From Eukaryota sp. GEM-RC1 (Eukaryota), in the NCBI GenBank assembly GCA_040285855.1, contig JAUFOQ010000010.1, positions 124,001 to 188,000 of the forward strand: a DNA stretch of 64,000 nucleotides, read 5' to 3'. The notes under the pieces are model-generated. The model saw only the letters and a list, made by a program, of their open reading frames with translations. It was not told where the DNA came from and ran no database searches. Of this stretch, positions 1-13,081 are shown piece by piece (within the stretch, counting starts at the first letter, position 1; every line of letters begins with the position of its first letter). The position numbers were made by a program, and so were the translations under genes.

Positions 1-1286
1 CATACGGACAACATTGTGTTCAAAAAATGATATATCAACATCTGCAAGTGACTGTCCATTGAAAACATAGTTTCTCTCTATATATTGAATTTTTTCATCT
101 GAAACTGATTTACCAGTCAAAGTGGCAATCACATAGGGCTCAGCTTCAACTCCCGTACTACCACCAATATGAGGGTGTAACAAAGTGCGCAAAGCAAACA
201 GAAATAAATCGTCTTCTCTGTGAAAATATTCTTTCAACAAATCCAAATGTTTTGGAAACGTGAGTTCGTAGCCCATTTCAATTTGTACAATTAACGACTT
301 ATCTTGAAAATAAGCCATATCGTCTACAGACATGTTCATCATGTTAACTTTAAAACGTGAAAGCTTATAATTATCATTTGCAGCATAAAAGAACAAAGTG
401 CTTCAAACTTGGGGTTGTCCAAGGCCTTGAAAAGGCCACTTGGATCAAATTGACAGTTTGAAGAAATATAGTCAACAATGTTCTTAAAAACTCCTCCAGT
501 GCATTTAAAAGCTTCATCATAATTACTGATTCCGTGATTGGGAAAAACACTGTCACAATAGTTTTTAAACTCTGTTATATCTCGGATTGGTAACAATCTT
601 TGTGCTAGAAAAACTGTTTGATTAAGTGATCGAAAACCTTTTCTCCGCCAATAACTGTCTGCGGTATTAAAAGCACGATCGAAAAGCAAAGCTGTTGAAC
701 CAGTAAGAATAGAGTAAGTTGAAGGTTCTTTACCAAACAAGGCTAACTCACTGATAGTTCTAATTGCGGCATCTCTATTCAAGTGTTCGTAAACTAAATT
801 AATTTCATCAAGTAAAAGAACAATTGGTGAATAAGAAATTTTTTGGTTGGAAAGAAGATCATCAACTGTTTTGAGATTGTCTTCGGATTTTTCACAGTCG
901 TGAAGAATTGTCAAGTAATTAGGAAACATTAAACAACTGAAGAAAAAAACGGCACGCAGGAAAGTTGATTTTCCAACTCCAATAGGTCCTTGAAGACACA
1001 ATGAACCACTTCCACCACCACGTTCTTTTGACGGAAGATTGTACAAGCAGATCAGAGCACTAGAAAGAAGGGAATACCAGGAGGGTGTGCCATAGAAAAT
1101 AGGGAGTGATAGGTTAAAACTAGACTGTGGTCAAAGGAAAAAGGAACGTAATAATCTCCAGCAATTGGCGATCAATGAATTGAGATCGTGTCCATTGCTT
1201 AAAGCGGTCAAGATCTGATGTTTAACCTTTTGGAGATCATCGTTCTGTTCAAAAAGATGCACAATTGAAGTGGAATAGATGGTCAT
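1..1286 (-). CDS. P-loop NTPase, Crinkler/RHS-like, frameshifted and running off the window start
   Basis: ORF 339..1046 has Walker A (LQGPIGVGKST) and Walker B (LLLDEIN). Coding-like sequence continues on both sides in other frames. The Crinkler-like label is inference. Confidence 0.55.
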
Positions 1287-1889
1287 GATTTGTGAAAAAG
1301 TTCAAATTCCATCTCATTGCTCCTCAAGCCAATGATGGCCAATACTACATCTTCCTTATAAGATCGTCCTCTCCAGTCCAATTTTCACAACTCGTACTGT
1401 CAACACTCACTTACTCGACCTCATCTTTATGTCCTCTCTCGAAGAAGATCTTTGAGATTCCTGCCTCGTTTAACAAAGGAACTTCCTTCCTTCTTTGAAA
1501 AACTTGGTTACTTGAGTCCACCCGTTTGGAATTCAAAGCGGAAATGTCAAGGATTTGCTACTGTGACTTGCTTCTTTCTTCGGAGCAGACAATGTTCTTA
1601 AGAAGTTGTTTTCTTACACGTGGACTGCTGTTTCGACCCTGAAGCTATTCTGTCATGACGTGACGTGATTTCAGAAATATATTTGAATATTGAACTTGCT
1701 ACGGACTTCAACTTTTTGAGCTTTTCTTCTCCCTGTTTCTTCCACAACTTAAACTTAACGATCTCTTTGTGGTAGAAGCAAATGATTCTGATGCAGATTC
1801 TGATCACCAAATCATTAAATTATTGACTGAATCACTCCAGTTCTTTAATTAAAAATTTAAAATTTTAAGTTTTTAAAAAATTGAACTGG

Positions 1890-2340
1890 AGTGGTAACTA
1901 AGTAAACTTAAGTATTCTTACTGACATTAATCTCAGTAGAAACTTTATTTCTCCCTAAAAGATGCGGTAGCTTTAGGTTCGTGGTTAAGATTAAATACTA
2001 CGGTTATTAGAATTCATTTAGGTTCGAATTATATTCAAGCTGAAGGGACAATTGCATTGGTTGAAGCATTGAAAGTTTATTTTGCGATTGCTAAAATTAA
2101 TATTTGAAGTAATAATATTGGTTCTAAAGGTGGTGGTCTTTTAATAATTGATGCTTTAACAATGATCTTTACTAGATCTTTTCTCTCGATCAGAATTCTT
2201 TTGATGACGTGTCTATGATTGCACTTTCAGAAGTGTTAACAGATAATTCCACTCTTTTGATGTCATTTTTGACTGATATTGCTCTTCATTGTTGTACAGA
2301 AAGTAACTATATTTCACTTTTCACATCAAATCATCAGTCA
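1890..2340 (+). pseudogene. Degraded RI-type leucine-rich repeat gene fragment
   Basis: Manual translation gives LGSNYIQAEGTIALVEALKV (~2018-2077) and NNIGSKG (~2111), typical RI-like LRR units, interrupted by stops. Confidence 0.55.
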
Positions 2341-2410
2341 GAATAATGAATCTTCTTATCGATTTTGAACAAATACCTTAGACAAAATTTATTCCATGAT
2401 CTTCTGGTCT

Positions 2411-3118
2411 TAAGGGCTGTTAATTTACTTGACTTGAACCGACTTGGGGGCCTTCAAGTCGAGTTCAAGTGGACTCGACTCAGTCGTCAAGTCATTTAAC
2501 TCAAGTCGACTTGAGGTCGTATAGGATTTGGTGAAGTCGACTTAAACTCGACTCGAGTCGACAAAAATAGTGTAATTAATGGTCCATAAACTAAATGATT
2601 CACAGTAAGCAGAATCTATAATTTAGATACATCGTTTGAGTACTTCATGTTTACACTATATAATTGTGTTCAGTACTTCATCGATTGATGTCGAAATGTT
2701 TGTTCCATAAGGGAACAAGCACTTCCGCGTGTCTTAATGTGATCCGGAAAGCATGACAAGGACTTACCCAGTAGTCTCGAAGATTATAGTCCAACATATA
2801 GCGAATCAAGTAGTATCTAGTGTTAGTCCATCAAATAACGGACAGTAAATAGTGTGTGTAAAAACCTAGTGTTGATGTCGATAAGGATTTACTGGAATAA
2901 AACGGAATTTGAATTCGTGGACAACATCAAATGTTCAGTAGAATTTAAAAAGAAATAAATCTAATACATGTACTGTTCAAAAAATTGAAACTGACGGCCG
3001 TAACAGTATAATTTCCGAAATCGAGATTCATGTCAAGTCATTTAACTCAAGTCGACTTGAGGTCATATGAAAATTGATCAAGTCGACTCGACTCGACTTG
3101 AGTCATTTAACAGCTCTA
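2411..3118. mobile_element. Non-autonomous hAT-like element (MITE)
   Basis: Imperfect TIRs AGGGCTGTTAA...TTAACAGCTCTA. Subterminal AGTCGACT/GACTCGAC repeats at both ends. GTCTTAA is present at both flanks, a partial TSD. Confidence 0.65.
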
Positions 3119-3386
3119 GTCTTAATATGTTTGTATTAGTGTTTTATTGCATTTCAAGAACTTCTTTAAAGAACGCGTCAAGAAAAAGTAAATTTAAAGA
3201 AGGTCAGTGGTTGGCCGTTAGAAGCCGTATCACGTGATCTATTGCCTCTTCACAGCTGATCAGACCTTTAAGCTATCTTAGTCTGACATGAATTTAATAA
3301 GTCAATGCAACTGGTGTCCAGAAAGAAAAAGTGAAGAAACGCGGTTGTATAACCTATTATATTACTCAATTGAATAATAATTAAAT

Positions 3387-5522
3387 GGGATAACTACAAA
3401 ATCCACCTAAGTACAATAAGTTTAATCAAAATCCACCCCAATTGTTTTCACCTTTTTTTGCTTCCAAAAACCACCTTCTTGTAGTCTTCTTCTTCTTCAT
3501 GACAGTTGGTTTAAATCTTAATAAACTCAAGTCCAATGAAGTGATTTCCATCGAAGTGAATCAGACTTATGAATCACGGTGTCATATGCTTCAAATCCTC
3601 CATCAATATGCCATCCAAGAAAACAAAGACTTTGTTCTGGCGAACAACAACAACAAAACTCGCTTCAAAATTGGGTGTGTAGATCCTAACTGTCCCTTTT
3701 TACTGAAAGCGATTTCTTCTGCAGGAACAGAACCATGAGTAGTGACTTCCTTTAATGCACACAACTCTCCCTGTGAAGCTAAAATTAAGACCTCTGTTCC
3801 TCCTAAAGTAGCTGCCTTAATACTGAAGGAAGAATTTAGACACTCTGGAATAGTCTCTCCTACTAGAATGCAAAGAATGTCGGAAATGCCTGTGACCCAG
3901 AACGCGTGTTCTAGAATGATTAAAGAAGCTCAATTATTGCTATATGGTGATAAGCAACACTCTTACAGTCTCTTGCCAAGGTATTTCCGTCTTCTGAAGG
4001 ATAAGATGCCAGGTACGGTGACTGTCATCGAGTCCGGAGATGATGGTGAATTTAGTAGATGTTTTCTTGCTTTTGAAGCATCCATCCAAGGATTTCAGTA
4101 TTGTAAGCCTGTAATTGGTTTGGATGGATGTCACATCAAGAGCCAATATCTCGGTGTTATGCTTATTGCAGTTGCAATTGATGCGAATGGCCACACGTTT
4201 CCGCTTGCATTTTCTGTTGTGGACACCGAAAGCACAGATACATGGACCTGGTTTCTTGACAACTTAAGACAAGTGTATGATTTATCTGATGTAACTATCA
4301 TTTCTGATAGACAGAAAGGTTTGATCAACGCTACCCGAAATGTTCTATCAGATATTCCTCATGCATTTTGTGTGAAGCATTTAGCCGACAACGCTAATGG
4401 AAGAGGCTCGAAAACGGCTAGACCATTCATCTTTCGTTTGGCAAAAGCTAAAAATGTTGCACAGTATGAAAACATCATGACAGAAATGGCAACAGTGTCG
4501 CAATCAGCCGCTGATTACATCAATCGAACTGCCAATCCGGAAAATTGGGTAGAATTCATGTTCCCAGGAAACAGATGGGGCCATACCACAAGCAACGTGG
4601 TAGAATCAGTGAATGCTGCTATTAACGAAGCACGCCAACAACCGATTGTACAAATGTTCGAAACTATTCGTGCTATGCTTGCAAGATGGTTTGTTACAAG
4701 AAGAAAGGAAGCTCGAGAAATCGCATTCCCTCTAGTACCAAGAGCATCTAAGATCTTGGAAGAAAGATTGTTGCTTGTACGAAATCTGCGTCATGTCGAA
4801 GTAGATATCAATGAATATGAAGTTTATGATGAAGGAAGGGTATTCAACGTGAATGTGGAGGACAAAAGCTGTACGTGTTGTGATGCTAAGGAAGGAATCC
4901 CATGTTCGCATCTGCTATTGCTACTTTCTGCTACTGGTTCAAGAGGGATCGAGTACTGTGCTAATCAACACACCACGTTGTTTTATTTCCGAACGTATGA
5001 AGGGAGAATTCTCTCAGTTGATGATGTACAACTTCGTCATTACTTGCTTGATGATGATGTAGAAGGAATTGTGTCTGGTCCACCTATTGCAAAGCCAAGA
5101 GTTGGTAGACCGAAGATTGTACGGATGAAGAAAAAAGCCGAACCATCTGCTGGAAAACCTCGCAAAGATCACAGGTCTTCTGATGAGCCTCCACTAAAAC
5201 GAACATATACATGTGGTAAATGTGGAGGAAAAGGTCATAGCAAGAGATCTTGTACTAGTAACTAAATAAATGTACCTGTAGTTTATATTTCAATCTGTAA
5301 GAAACTAAAGGTATGTAAAAGAGGATACAACATGAAGTACTGTTGGGGAAGAAGAAACGGTGTATGAAATGGAATAAAGTGGAGCAATCACATCATACGT
5401 CATCAGCTCATTTGTGGTTTTTCAACATAGAGTTGAGATAATGTGGATTTTGAATTTTTTTTCTTGAATCTTGGTGGATTTTGATTAAAAATATAGAACT
5501 TGGTGGATTTTGGTGTTGTCCC
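3387..5522 (+). mobile_element. Full-length Mutator-like element (MULE)
   Basis: ~50-bp imperfect TIRs (GGGATAACTACAAAATCCACC... and ...GGTGGATTTTGGTGTTGTCCC). Perfect 9-bp TSD TAATTAAAT at 3378-3386 and 5523-5531. Confidence 0.93.
3499..5265 (+). CDS. MULE (MURA-like) transposase with one in-frame TGA at 3736-3738
   Basis: N-terminal C-x4-C DNA-binding motif, DDE core (GLDGCH, ISDRQKG, CVKH, SNVVESVN), SWIM finger (CTCC...CSH) and C-terminal CCHC knuckle (CGKCGGKGHSKRSC). ORFs 3442..3738 and 3742..5265 are in the same frame. Confidence 0.92.
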
Positions 5523-5582
5523 TAATTAAATTGAATAATGTGTTGATTCTTCCATTACCAATGAAACCTTTATGATCAAGAC

Positions 5583-6491
5583 CAGGGATCGAAAAAATAT
5601 ATCGCAATATATTTCTAGCATAAAAAATGTACAATAAATATATTGGAAAATGTGATCATTGCAATAAATATATTGGAAACTGAGATGATTGCAATAAATA
5701 ATTGCAATATATTGCAATATTTTGGGTAAAATTTGGTTCGTGAAAATGTCAGAAACTGAGACGTCCTGCTGAAATTTACTGACTGAAAATCAACCACTAC
5801 ATGTAGTAGACCGTCAGATCTTTTAGTCGGTTACCCTTTCAGATACATGCATAAGAACATTAATTATACTTCTTAACGTACTGTAAATCTTGACACCGCT
5901 TCTGATCATAATGTACGCTCAGACTTCACAACCCATCCTTCTACTTTGCTCTTCTGTTGGTATCAATACTTATTTACTTCAATGGTTCCTATGATGTGAT
6001 GTATATGCATGTTTCAACTTTTCAGCGATTCGTCACGTACATATACCACGTTCATTACAGTCCCACCTACTACATGATAAGACTTCCCGCTTCCTGGTAC
6101 AGACTCTGAGCAGGGATCGAAAAGAATAAATTGTATTGCTGGGAGCCACTATGATTGGAACGTGTCTTTATTGATACGTAAATTAACACATGTACCAGTT
6201 TCCACAAATCTCATTGCTTGAAGTATGTGTTGAGTGATGACAATAGAGATGTAGAAACCAACTGTAGGTCCCCTTTTAACATTTTTGGACTTGGAGTGGA
6301 CATACAGTGAAAGAAAGTGTTCTTATGAACAAGACTTGTTAGAGTTAGTCTGCATAAATCTCGTTGTGACATATTGCAATATATTGGAAATATATTGCAA
6401 TAAATATATTGCGCATCAAAAGACGTGCAATATTTATTGCAATAAAATTTATTTCAATATATTGCAATACAATTTATTTTTTCGATCCCTG
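5583..6491. mobile_element. Non-autonomous hAT-type MITE
   Basis: TIRs CAGGGATCGAAAAAAT...ATTTTTTCGATCCCTG. 8-bp TSD ATCAAGAC at 5575-5582 and 6492-6499. Subterminal (TATTGCAATA)n repeats. An extra internal TIR copy lies at ~6111. Confidence 0.9.
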
Positions 6492-6679
6492 ATCAAGACC
6501 AAAAATTTGAATTTTTTCCAAATGTGTATTGCTGCACGAGAAACTGTACTTTTCATAAAACAGTACAATCCCTAAGAGTTCAAAGTCAATTCAAGGATTT
6601 CTAAATGAGAATTTCTAATTATCTAAAAATCGAACTGTAAAATATGACATGTCAACCAAATAAAAATTAAGTTAAAATA

Positions 6680-7230
6680 CTTACTTGTTTGATGATACAG
6701 ATGTTGATGAATAGTTCGGAAATAGCCGAGGTGACGTCATATTTCCTGGTCGCGATGGTTCTTTCATTATTGCAGATGGTATGTCTATCGATGTTTGTAA
6801 TGATTCCAACAAGAAAGCTGCTAAATCTAATACCAAAACCCTTTGTTGATTGGTGAAAAATTTAAAATGCAAAAATATTGTGCTAAATTGAAATTATTGA
6901 ATTCGGCTTCACACTCGAATTACTTGTTGTACCCTTTTGTATTTTCACTGTACGGTTCTTTATGTGAATCTGCAACATCATTACTTGAATTCTTTGTGAA
7001 GATTGTAAATGAAAAGACATCTAAAACTTTTGATCTTAGATTTTGGAAAAATCGAATTGTGTTTGTGTTTGCTATCTTTAAAGGTATGGTTACTTCTGTA
7101 TCTAGCGCTTTATTATCTCTTGGCAGACATTAGGAGGATAAGGTAGGTGAAAATTTCCAGATAGGCAATATGGACTTTGAGGATAATGATTATTAGATGT
7201 AGTGTTGTTGTCAATAAAATAAAATATTTA
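6680..7230 (+). mobile_element. 3' fragment of a CRE-like non-LTR retrotransposon (restriction-like endonuclease domain), family B
   Basis: Near copy of 45430-45960. Contains RGD...IDVC...KY...YPFVFSLYG and ends in an A-rich tract. Confidence 0.75.
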
Positions 7231-7824
7231 AAAAAAATTAACACGAAGTTGTGGAAAAACTGTGGTACTGTTAACAGGCAAATATCTGTGTTTGTGTTTC
7301 AAAGGTTTTATTTTGACAATGGTGTTTGTCCCTTTCAGCTATAAACTCTAGTTTAGATCACGAGTCAGTAGAAACCGTTAAACAAATTTCATTCTTTGTT
7401 GGAGCATTCCAGAAACACTCTTCTAACGTGCAAATGTTGGAAGATAAAGAAACACTGAGCTTAAAAAATGACTGAATATAATTTAAATTCAGAACCTGGA
7501 AGAATAATTTATTGCAATTTTTTAAAATTAAAGCACTTGAATTCTCAGAACAACGGTTATGAAATACGCGTATTACTTCAGTGCATTGATATACATGGCT
7601 AAAAAATCTCAACAAAGGGCTGTCAATAAGTCCCTGAACATCACAAAACAAGAGAAAATTTAAAATCCACGCGATAATATTAAAACAGTTTTTGTACAAA
7701 TGTTCATAGGGCGGTATCGAGTCAGAAAAGTATAACATTCTGTATTATTAAAATAACCTACAATACTAGTTCTACAGAGTTCTAGTTGATAAACCAACGT
7801 CTCGTGTCAAGTAACCAACCTCCG

Positions 7825-9060
7825 TCAATTGAAAGCAAGGACCATCAAAAATATTGGAATTGAGATTATTGGATAAAAGAGCTCAACCTTCTTCTCAAAG
7901 GTTTCTAGAATATTTAATAATGTCCCAGAATCTGTATCACCAACATTATCCAGTTCACTTCGGATTAGGACTTTCAATTTGGAAATAAAGTCTACTCCAA
8001 AACTAACGCCTTGAACTGGTAAGTCTAAGAGCGTATCTAACTTTTTACTCAAATCATCGTAAGTTGAGCAATAATGAAACTTTTTTCCAAAATATTGAAA
8101 TAATTCAAAAATCAAGGAATGAAAGAACACGTAAAAATCTTCCATAATTGTGCAATCAGTAATTTTAGAATGCTTACCCATGCGTAACCTTGGTGGAACT
8201 TGAGAAGCCTTTGATAGTGACGGTACATCAAATAACTTATTACATTGTTCTGTTTTTGTCATTTCAAAGTCAATGAGAGAACTTAGCAATTTCCCATCAA
8301 CTGAATTAAAAACAAAATTCGGAAGTCGACAGTCTAAATGTATAGAACTTTCTTGCTTATGAAATTCTGTTAACGTAGAAACACATGAATAAATAACTTC
8401 CATCAAAGTGAAAGAACCAGAAGGACAAATCACAATGGGTTTTCCAATCTCATGTGAGTAGTAAAGAGCAGTGAACTTTGGAAATGTATTTGCCCAAAAG
8501 CACTGGTACTCATAGTTAATGAGTTGGAAAGATCCTTCCTGGGCTGGCATCAATGGATTGCGGAATATTTTAAAATATTTTCGACTACCATCGTTCTCCA
8601 CTTCTACTCCCGTAATGGCTGAGGAAGACGCTGAAACAATCTTGATTGATGATTTCAAAAAGTCAACTGGAATTGAGACAAAAGGGAAATTAGATAAATC
8701 TTTACGGCAAAAGTTAAGGGATCGGAATAAGAATTATCAACGACTTGCAAAGAAATGTGAGTTGACAAGTCATACAAGTGTTTAGCATAAAGATTAATAA
8801 GATGACATTTGGACTCTGCTGATGTTGATTTTATGACAGAGCAGTATTTAGCCCGTGGACAATTCAAGCCATTCAATGTCACCTTTACGAGAATTAAAGT
8901 ACCATCACATAACTTTTTTTTTGGAAAAACCTTTAACTTCAGGACCTGATTGCACTGATGTTTGAGTTCCAATTATCAGAGCATAAAAGGAATCATTCCA
9001 CTCAAATTGAAAAGCATTACTACACCAACAATTACCGAAATCTTACCCAAATCTATGAAA
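7825..9060 (-). CDS. Divergent protein kinase-like gene, frameshifted
   Basis: Catalytic-loop-like HLDCRLPNF and DFE motifs in ORF 7825..8658. ORF 8655..8972 is probably the upstream part. Confidence 0.5.
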
Positions 9061-9394
9061 CTATATACACTGTATATCCTGATCAATTAGTTGCAGTATA
9101 TGATCCTCAATGAGGATTTTTAAATCAGGGTACTGCTGAGGTTTATTACTTGCAGTAACAACTGTTACTAACTTCTCTTTGTCTTAAGTGACGTAAACGT
9201 GACGTAGACGAAGACGAAGGTAGACCTATTAGGACCCTAATTTTGTACTTCTAACAATCCGTTGAAAAAGGTTGTTTCAACTCCTTACTAGGTATATCTA
9301 AGAGTTATAGACAGTTTGTTTTTTCAGGAACGGCAGCTCTGCTGTGAGTATTTTTTAACGAAGAAAGTCACTTTTGGAATCTTCAGCTTTGTTC

Positions 9395-9790
9395 GTAATA
9401 AAAGAAATATTTTAAATATTTTAAATGTTCTTAAGAAAATTACATTGATCATTAACAATGCAAACTGAATAAAAGAGGAATCTAATATCTTACCAACACA
9501 AGATTTGGGACAAACATCTACTGTGAAACAATACAATTAATGATTGACTCGATTTAAGCCATGGAGTATGAAGATCCCCTCTTTTGATCTAAAAATAGAT
9601 TTTCTGAAAGATGATTCAAAACTGTTTCAACTTTAGAGAAAGCCATGTGCTTTAAACATGGAATAACAAGAATCACGTACACATGAATTACTGCACGTAG
9701 ATGAATAAAATAACGACAATTAATTAAACGACGAATAACACCATTAGCTCCACAAGAGCAAGATGAATAGTTTAATAAATTTGCAGACTA
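9395..9790 (-). mobile_element. Degraded CRE-like retrotransposon fragment, family A
   Basis: Clear similarity to 41700-42080 and 60235-60620. Followed by a hAT-type end ...GAATGCCCAGCTCTA at ~9790-9845. Confidence 0.7.
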
Positions 9791-10100
9791 AAAGCTTAGT
9801 CTAGTCCGTAGTCAGTAGACTAGTCTAGTCGAATGCCCAGCTCTAGTTCAAACTCCTTTATCAATTTATTTTGCAGTTAAATTCATTCGTATTGTATCAA
9901 TCTTGTCTTATGACTAATTCAAAACTGACTTGTATTTGAATTTATATTATTTCAATGTGAATTCTGTCTTATTTTATGAAGGTCAACATCAGAAAAATTA
10001 TCTACTAGTAAGTAAATTATAGCTTGTGTTACATCTTTGCATAGGTGACGTCATCATTCCGAATCGAAAATTATACTAAATTTTTGGAATTTTTAAAACT

Positions 10101-10610
10101 TCAAGGGTTACAAACTAAGTCTATTTCAATTTCATCCGAAGATTGATCACCTGATGCAAGACACGTTATCAAATCCAGAATGTACAGCTCATCTTCTGTT
10201 AAATCATGCTTCTTTCTCACTAACAGAAGTTTTAACCAAAGTAGCACTACTAAAAGAACAATTGAACCTCCTACAAGGTTAATTACGAAGGAAAACAAAT
10301 CACTGGAAGTCATGAACTGTAACTGAAAGGTTTCCTTAATGAGTGTTAGTACATCTATTCGGTCTGTTTGGTTTGTTGGATTATGGATATCTGAAGGTAG
10401 GAGTTGCGGAGGAGACGCGGAAATGACATGAGGCTCTTGTGTTCCCACTTCCAGTAAACATAGTTTCACGGCGTGTTTGTTGTGAGGAAGAGCATGATGA
10501 AGGGACAAACATCGCATTAAGGGACTCACGAGATCGTTCCTTATACGTGTAGCATTAAGTGGTTCGATGAGTATATATATGAGAACCGTTAAGAACAGAA
10601 GGTTCTGCAT
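10101..10610 (-). CDS. Hypothetical protein with signal peptide and one TM segment
   Basis: 169-aa ORF with a hydrophobic N-terminus and a second hydrophobic helix (LVGGSIVLLVVLLWL) followed by basic residues. Confidence 0.55.
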   Translation of the reverse strand: MQNLLFLTVLIYILIEPLNATRIRNDLVSPLMRCLSLHHALPHNKHAVKLCLLEVGTQEPHVISASPPQLLPSDIHNPTNQTDRIDVLTLIKETFQLQFMTSSDLFSFVINLVGGSIVLLVVLLWLKLLLVRKKHDLTEDELYILDLITCLASGDQSSDEIEIDLVCNP

Positions 10611-10637
10611 CTGTTGTTGCAGGTAAAATTCTGTTCA

Positions 10638-11183
10638 ATGTCTGAAGTCTATCAAACTCCAAAATCTCCTCCGGACGAATCTAGCTCCTTACATGAACAA
10701 CCTTCTGATACCACTCTTATCTCTTCTGTGCTTAAGATCCAAGCGTCTATTCGTGGATTCTTACTTCGTCGTCGTCTTCTAGCTTCTCTTTTACAGGGTA
10801 AGTCAGACAACATGTCTATCCTGGACTCAATGACTGCTCGAATCCCCCCTCAAACTGAGGTTCAAAAGTTTGCGTCTGTTCAATTCGGCCAAACTCAAAT
10901 ACCTCAACGTTTCTTCCTCTTTGGGCGGGGTACTATGGAAAGGATCAACAGCTTTCATTGTACTTGCATTACCACTGGCAATTGCTGTGAAAAAGGAACA
11001 GTTTGCTCTCGATTTCCTGGAGAATTCTCAATGATTGTGTTTTTCAACACTGTTTTACATCTTTTATTCTATACCTATGAAAATTTAAATACATCGTCAA
11101 ATAAATCATCATTCCCTCTATTTTTCTTCTTGGATTTTGTTTTTGTACTTCGGACTGAACTTGAAGTTCTCTTTGCTTTCTGA
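10638..11183 (+). CDS. IQ-motif protein; 3' end uncertain
   Basis: IQ motif VLKIQASIRGFLLRRR. The 3' end overlaps the convergent gene, so the true end is probably shorter. Confidence 0.5.
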   Translation: MSEVYQTPKSPPDESSSLHEQPSDTTLISSVLKIQASIRGFLLRRRLLASLLQGKSDNMSILDSMTARIPPQTEVQKFASVQFGQTQIPQRFFLFGRGTMERINSFHCTCITTGNCCEKGTVCSRFPGEFSMIVFFNTVLHLLFYTYENLNTSSNKSSFPLFFFLDFVFVLRTELEVLFAF

Positions 11184-13081
11184 ACAGGTGTTTTTAGCGG
11201 TGTTGTTTGAGAAAAGTCCTCTAATGCTGATGATAGCGATCTGCTTGGTTTTGCACTAAGATCTTTAACACTTTTTGGAGCTCTATCGTCTTTTGTTACC
11301 ATAGTGAAAGACGGAGTAGCTTCAATTGCGTTGATTCTCTCAGAAAACTCTTGGGAATCTAACTGTGGAGGTCGTCGTCTTCTAGTTGATGGTGATCTTA
11401 AATCAGTAACGATTGGTGAGCTTTGAGATGATGAAGATCTGATTTGTTTTGGAGTGCGTGATGTTTGATCAAGTTTCTCTTTGAGATTGGAAACTTCACT
11501 GTTTAGTTGGTTGATTTGAGCTTCCAAGGTGGTGTTGGTTTCTGTGAGCAATTGTTTCTCTTGAAGTAGTTCTGTTTTAGAGTTTTCAATCTGTTCTAAT
11601 TGTTCAGTCATATTATTCAACTTTTGATTGAGTGCCACTATTGATTCCTCAGAAGTAGTCTTGGAATTATCAAACTCGGATTTGAGATTACGGAACTTTT
11701 CAATCAGTTTTTGCGATTTTTCAGTCAATACATCATATTCTGATTGCAGGGCGGATGTTGATTTTCTGAACTTTTCTGTTTCTGCGGTAAGTTCTTCAAT
11801 AATAACAGCTTGATTGCCTGAATCAATCAACCATTCCTCTCTTTCCTGTTTAAGTGCGTTGAGTTGAGCTTGTAATTCTTGAATGGCAACTGTTGCAGAA
11901 GATTCCTTAGAGGCTTCACTGTTTAATTTCTGTTCAAATGATAAGCGTTGATTCTCTCTTTCAGTAATTTCCACAGATAGTTTACGTTTCAGCTCATCTC
12001 TCTCCTTAACCATGTCTTTCAAAGTGATTCGCGCAGTTTCCTTTGATTTTTGAGCTTCGTTTAAAGTTGATTGTAGAGTATCTTGTAATGCCTTCAGTTG
12101 TTGATCTTTTTCTTGTAGTTTCACTTCAGATTGATGAGCTAACTTCTTGACTTTAGAGGCAAATTGTTGATTCTCTGAAGTAAGTTTTGCATTGTCATTT
12201 CGCAATTGCTCGATTTCATTTGATTGTTCATTCAATAAGTCATTTTTACAGGCAAGTTGTTCTGTTAGGTTTTCAGTTTTCTTCTCAAGACTGTTGATTT
12301 CTTCAACTAGTGTCAGTATTTGCTCATTCAGTTGCTGCTTCTCAGTCTCGTGAGCACTGACAATACGTTGGTGATCAGTTACAAGGCACTGCTCAGTGGA
12401 ATACTGTTGTTCTTTCAATTCTGCAATACTGGCTTCACTTTGAGCCCAAATGGTTTCTTTTTCCTTAGCAAATTGTTCCGTTAACTCAGAGATTTTTAAT
12501 TGTTTGACCTGAATTTCATTTTTAAGTGTAGAAAGAGAGTCATTTGCTTTTTGGAGATCAGCAGACAACCTTTGAATTTTCTCGACATTTAATTCATTTT
12601 CAGATTGCCGTTCCTTTTGAAGCCTTGTCATTCTTTCCTGAATCTGAACTTCTTTCGCATGAACTTCTTTCGATGTTTCTTCAGCTTCAATCCGTTTTTC
12701 ATCAATAGAAACCAACTCCCGTTTTGTCTGATCGAGTTCAATTGTCAGTTTCTTGATCTTTTCTCTCAGTAGAGATAACAAATGGTCATATCGATGTAAT
12801 CGGTTGTTAGCAGTTGAGAATACTTCCTCGCCTTTAGATATTTGAACAGCCAATCCGGACAAATCGTCGCCCAACTTGTTGCACATTGTTTGAGTAGTAT
12901 CGATGGAGAGAAGTATACGCTCGGAAGATTCTTGTTCGGATTTCAGTTTAGCAGCCAATGTGGATTTTTCGCAAGCAAGAGTGTTGGCTACAGAAGACAG
13001 TTCCTTCAATTGAGAATCTTTCTGGGCTAGTTTGGATTTCTGGGATAAACGTGGAGATATTTCACACAGTTTGCTCAGCAT
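11075..13081 (-). CDS. Long coiled-coil protein
   Basis: 668-aa ORF rich in E/K/Q/L heptads, with a Ser/Lys-rich tail. The start may lie further upstream across a frameshift. Confidence 0.8.
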   Translation of the reverse strand: MLSKLCEISPRLSQKSKLAQKDSQLKELSSVANTLACEKSTLAAKLKSEQESSERILLSIDTTQTMCNKLGDDLSGLAVQISKGEEVFSTANNRLHRYDHLLSLLREKIKKLTIELDQTKRELVSIDEKRIEAEETSKEVHAKEVQIQERMTRLQKERQSENELNVEKIQRLSADLQKANDSLSTLKNEIQVKQLKISELTEQFAKEKETIWAQSEASIAELKEQQYSTEQCLVTDHQRIVSAHETEKQQLNEQILTLVEEINSLEKKTENLTEQLACKNDLLNEQSNEIEQLRNDNAKLTSENQQFASKVKKLAHQSEVKLQEKDQQLKALQDTLQSTLNEAQKSKETARITLKDMVKERDELKRKLSVEITERENQRLSFEQKLNSEASKESSATVAIQELQAQLNALKQEREEWLIDSGNQAVIIEELTAETEKFRKSTSALQSEYDVLTEKSQKLIEKFRNLKSEFDNSKTTSEESIVALNQKLNNMTEQLEQIENSKTELLQEKQLLTETNTTLEAQINQLNSEVSNLKEKLDQTSRTPKQIRSSSSQSSPIVTDLRSPSTRRRRPPQLDSQEFSERINAIEATPSFTMVTKDDRAPKSVKDLSAKPSRSLSSALEDFSQTTPLKTPVQKAKRTSSSVRSTKTKSKKKNRGNDDLFDDVFKFS

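Noticed and set aside
3736..3738. UGA-to-Trp genetic code reassignment
   Set aside because: This is a single case. TGG encodes Trp throughout, and TGA ends several genes at plausible positions (36942, 25722, 60910).
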